64,000 bases of DNA, from the IMG/VR virus record IMGVR_UViG_3300028920_000022, positions 124,001 through 188,000 of that record, one strand, 5' to 3'. The translations under genes were made by a program, and so were the position numbers. A model generated the notes under the pieces. It saw only the letters and a program-made list of their open reading frames with translations, was not told the origin of the DNA and searched no databases. Within the stretch, counting starts at the first letter, position 1; every line of letters starts with the position of its first letter. Below, one piece after another: positions 63,673-64,000 of the stretch.

Positions 63673-64000
63673 GTGGTCTATGACGATGATGATCGTACCG
63701 ATGATCCAATGTTTAAACGTTGGGCAAAGGCAGTTAAAGTAAGAGACAATTTTACTTGCCAGGTTTGTGGGAAGCGTGGTGTTTATTTGGAAAGTCATCA
63801 TTTGAATGCTTGGCAATCTTTTCCTGACGAAAGGTTTGACCTATCAAACGGTGTGACTTGTTGTGTGTCCTGCCACAAACATTTTCACGAGAGTTTTTCG
63901 TATGGTGATGCTACCAAGTGGCAATTCGAACAATTTAAAAAGATAGCGAATAAATTTCGTTGGATGTTGTCGAGGGAAGAAGGTGTGGACGACAACCATT
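63673..64000 (+). CDS. HNH endonuclease (3'-truncated by window)
   Basis: Hand translation: WAKAVKVRDNFTCQVCG..ESHHL..FDLSNGVTCCVSCHKHFH. Confidence 0.85.
   Translation, partial: MVYDDDDRTDDPMFKRWAKAVKVRDNFTCQVCGKRGVYLESHHLNAWQSFPDERFDLSNGVTCCVSCHKHFHESFSYGDATKWQFEQFKKIANKFRWMLSREEGVDDNH

Noticed and set aside
1-64000. Alternative genetic code (stop-codon reassignment as in some huge phages)
   Set aside because: Long conserved genes (topA, clpP, AAA+) are intact in code 11, and TAA, TAG and TGA all end genes at tight junctions; only two isolated suspicious stops were seen.
1-64000. CRISPR array, tRNA or rRNA genes
   Set aside because: No regularly spaced identical repeats or cloverleaf/T-loop signatures seen; intergenic gaps are short. 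A tRNAscan/Infernal run would be needed to exclude them fully.

Overview
This 64-kb window reads as part of a large (jumbo/huge) bacteriophage genome using the standard genetic code. It is AT-rich (roughly 35-40% GC by eye), with about 125 tightly packed, mostly + strand genes that often overlap by ATGA. I found no rRNA, tRNA, CRISPR array or recognisable capsid/terminase genes. Recognisable genes include: two MoxR-type AAA+/VWA-metallopeptidase pairs and a third AAA+; ClpP and an N-terminal-Thr (HslV/proteasome-like) protease; topoisomerase IA, RNase HII and an FtsK-like motor; two RNA ligases, Thg1, NADAR, Nudix, CYTH and several phosphatases; two radical SAM proteins and two adenine methyltransferases; HU-like and Dps-like proteins; DksA/TraR, bS21 and YggL. 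The main unexplained signal is a shared ~13-residue C-terminal peptide, consensus [LF][ST][CP]xExx[IV][KR][DE][IV][IV][ETK]-stop (e.g. 'IKDIIE'). It ends 22 ORFs with diverse bodies, and a 23rd copy lies behind a premature stop. About half of the carriers are small H..CxxC..C zinc-finger proteins. A separate, non-overlapping gene set shares an AAT-N7-CAT-N6/7-ATG upstream motif (candidate phage-specific, leaderless promoter) and an N-terminal KLA..F..KxA leader (candidate virion-targeting propeptide). A divergent sigma-like protein and a palindrome-dense intergenic element are also present. All functional calls come from motif recognition by eye; no database search was run.
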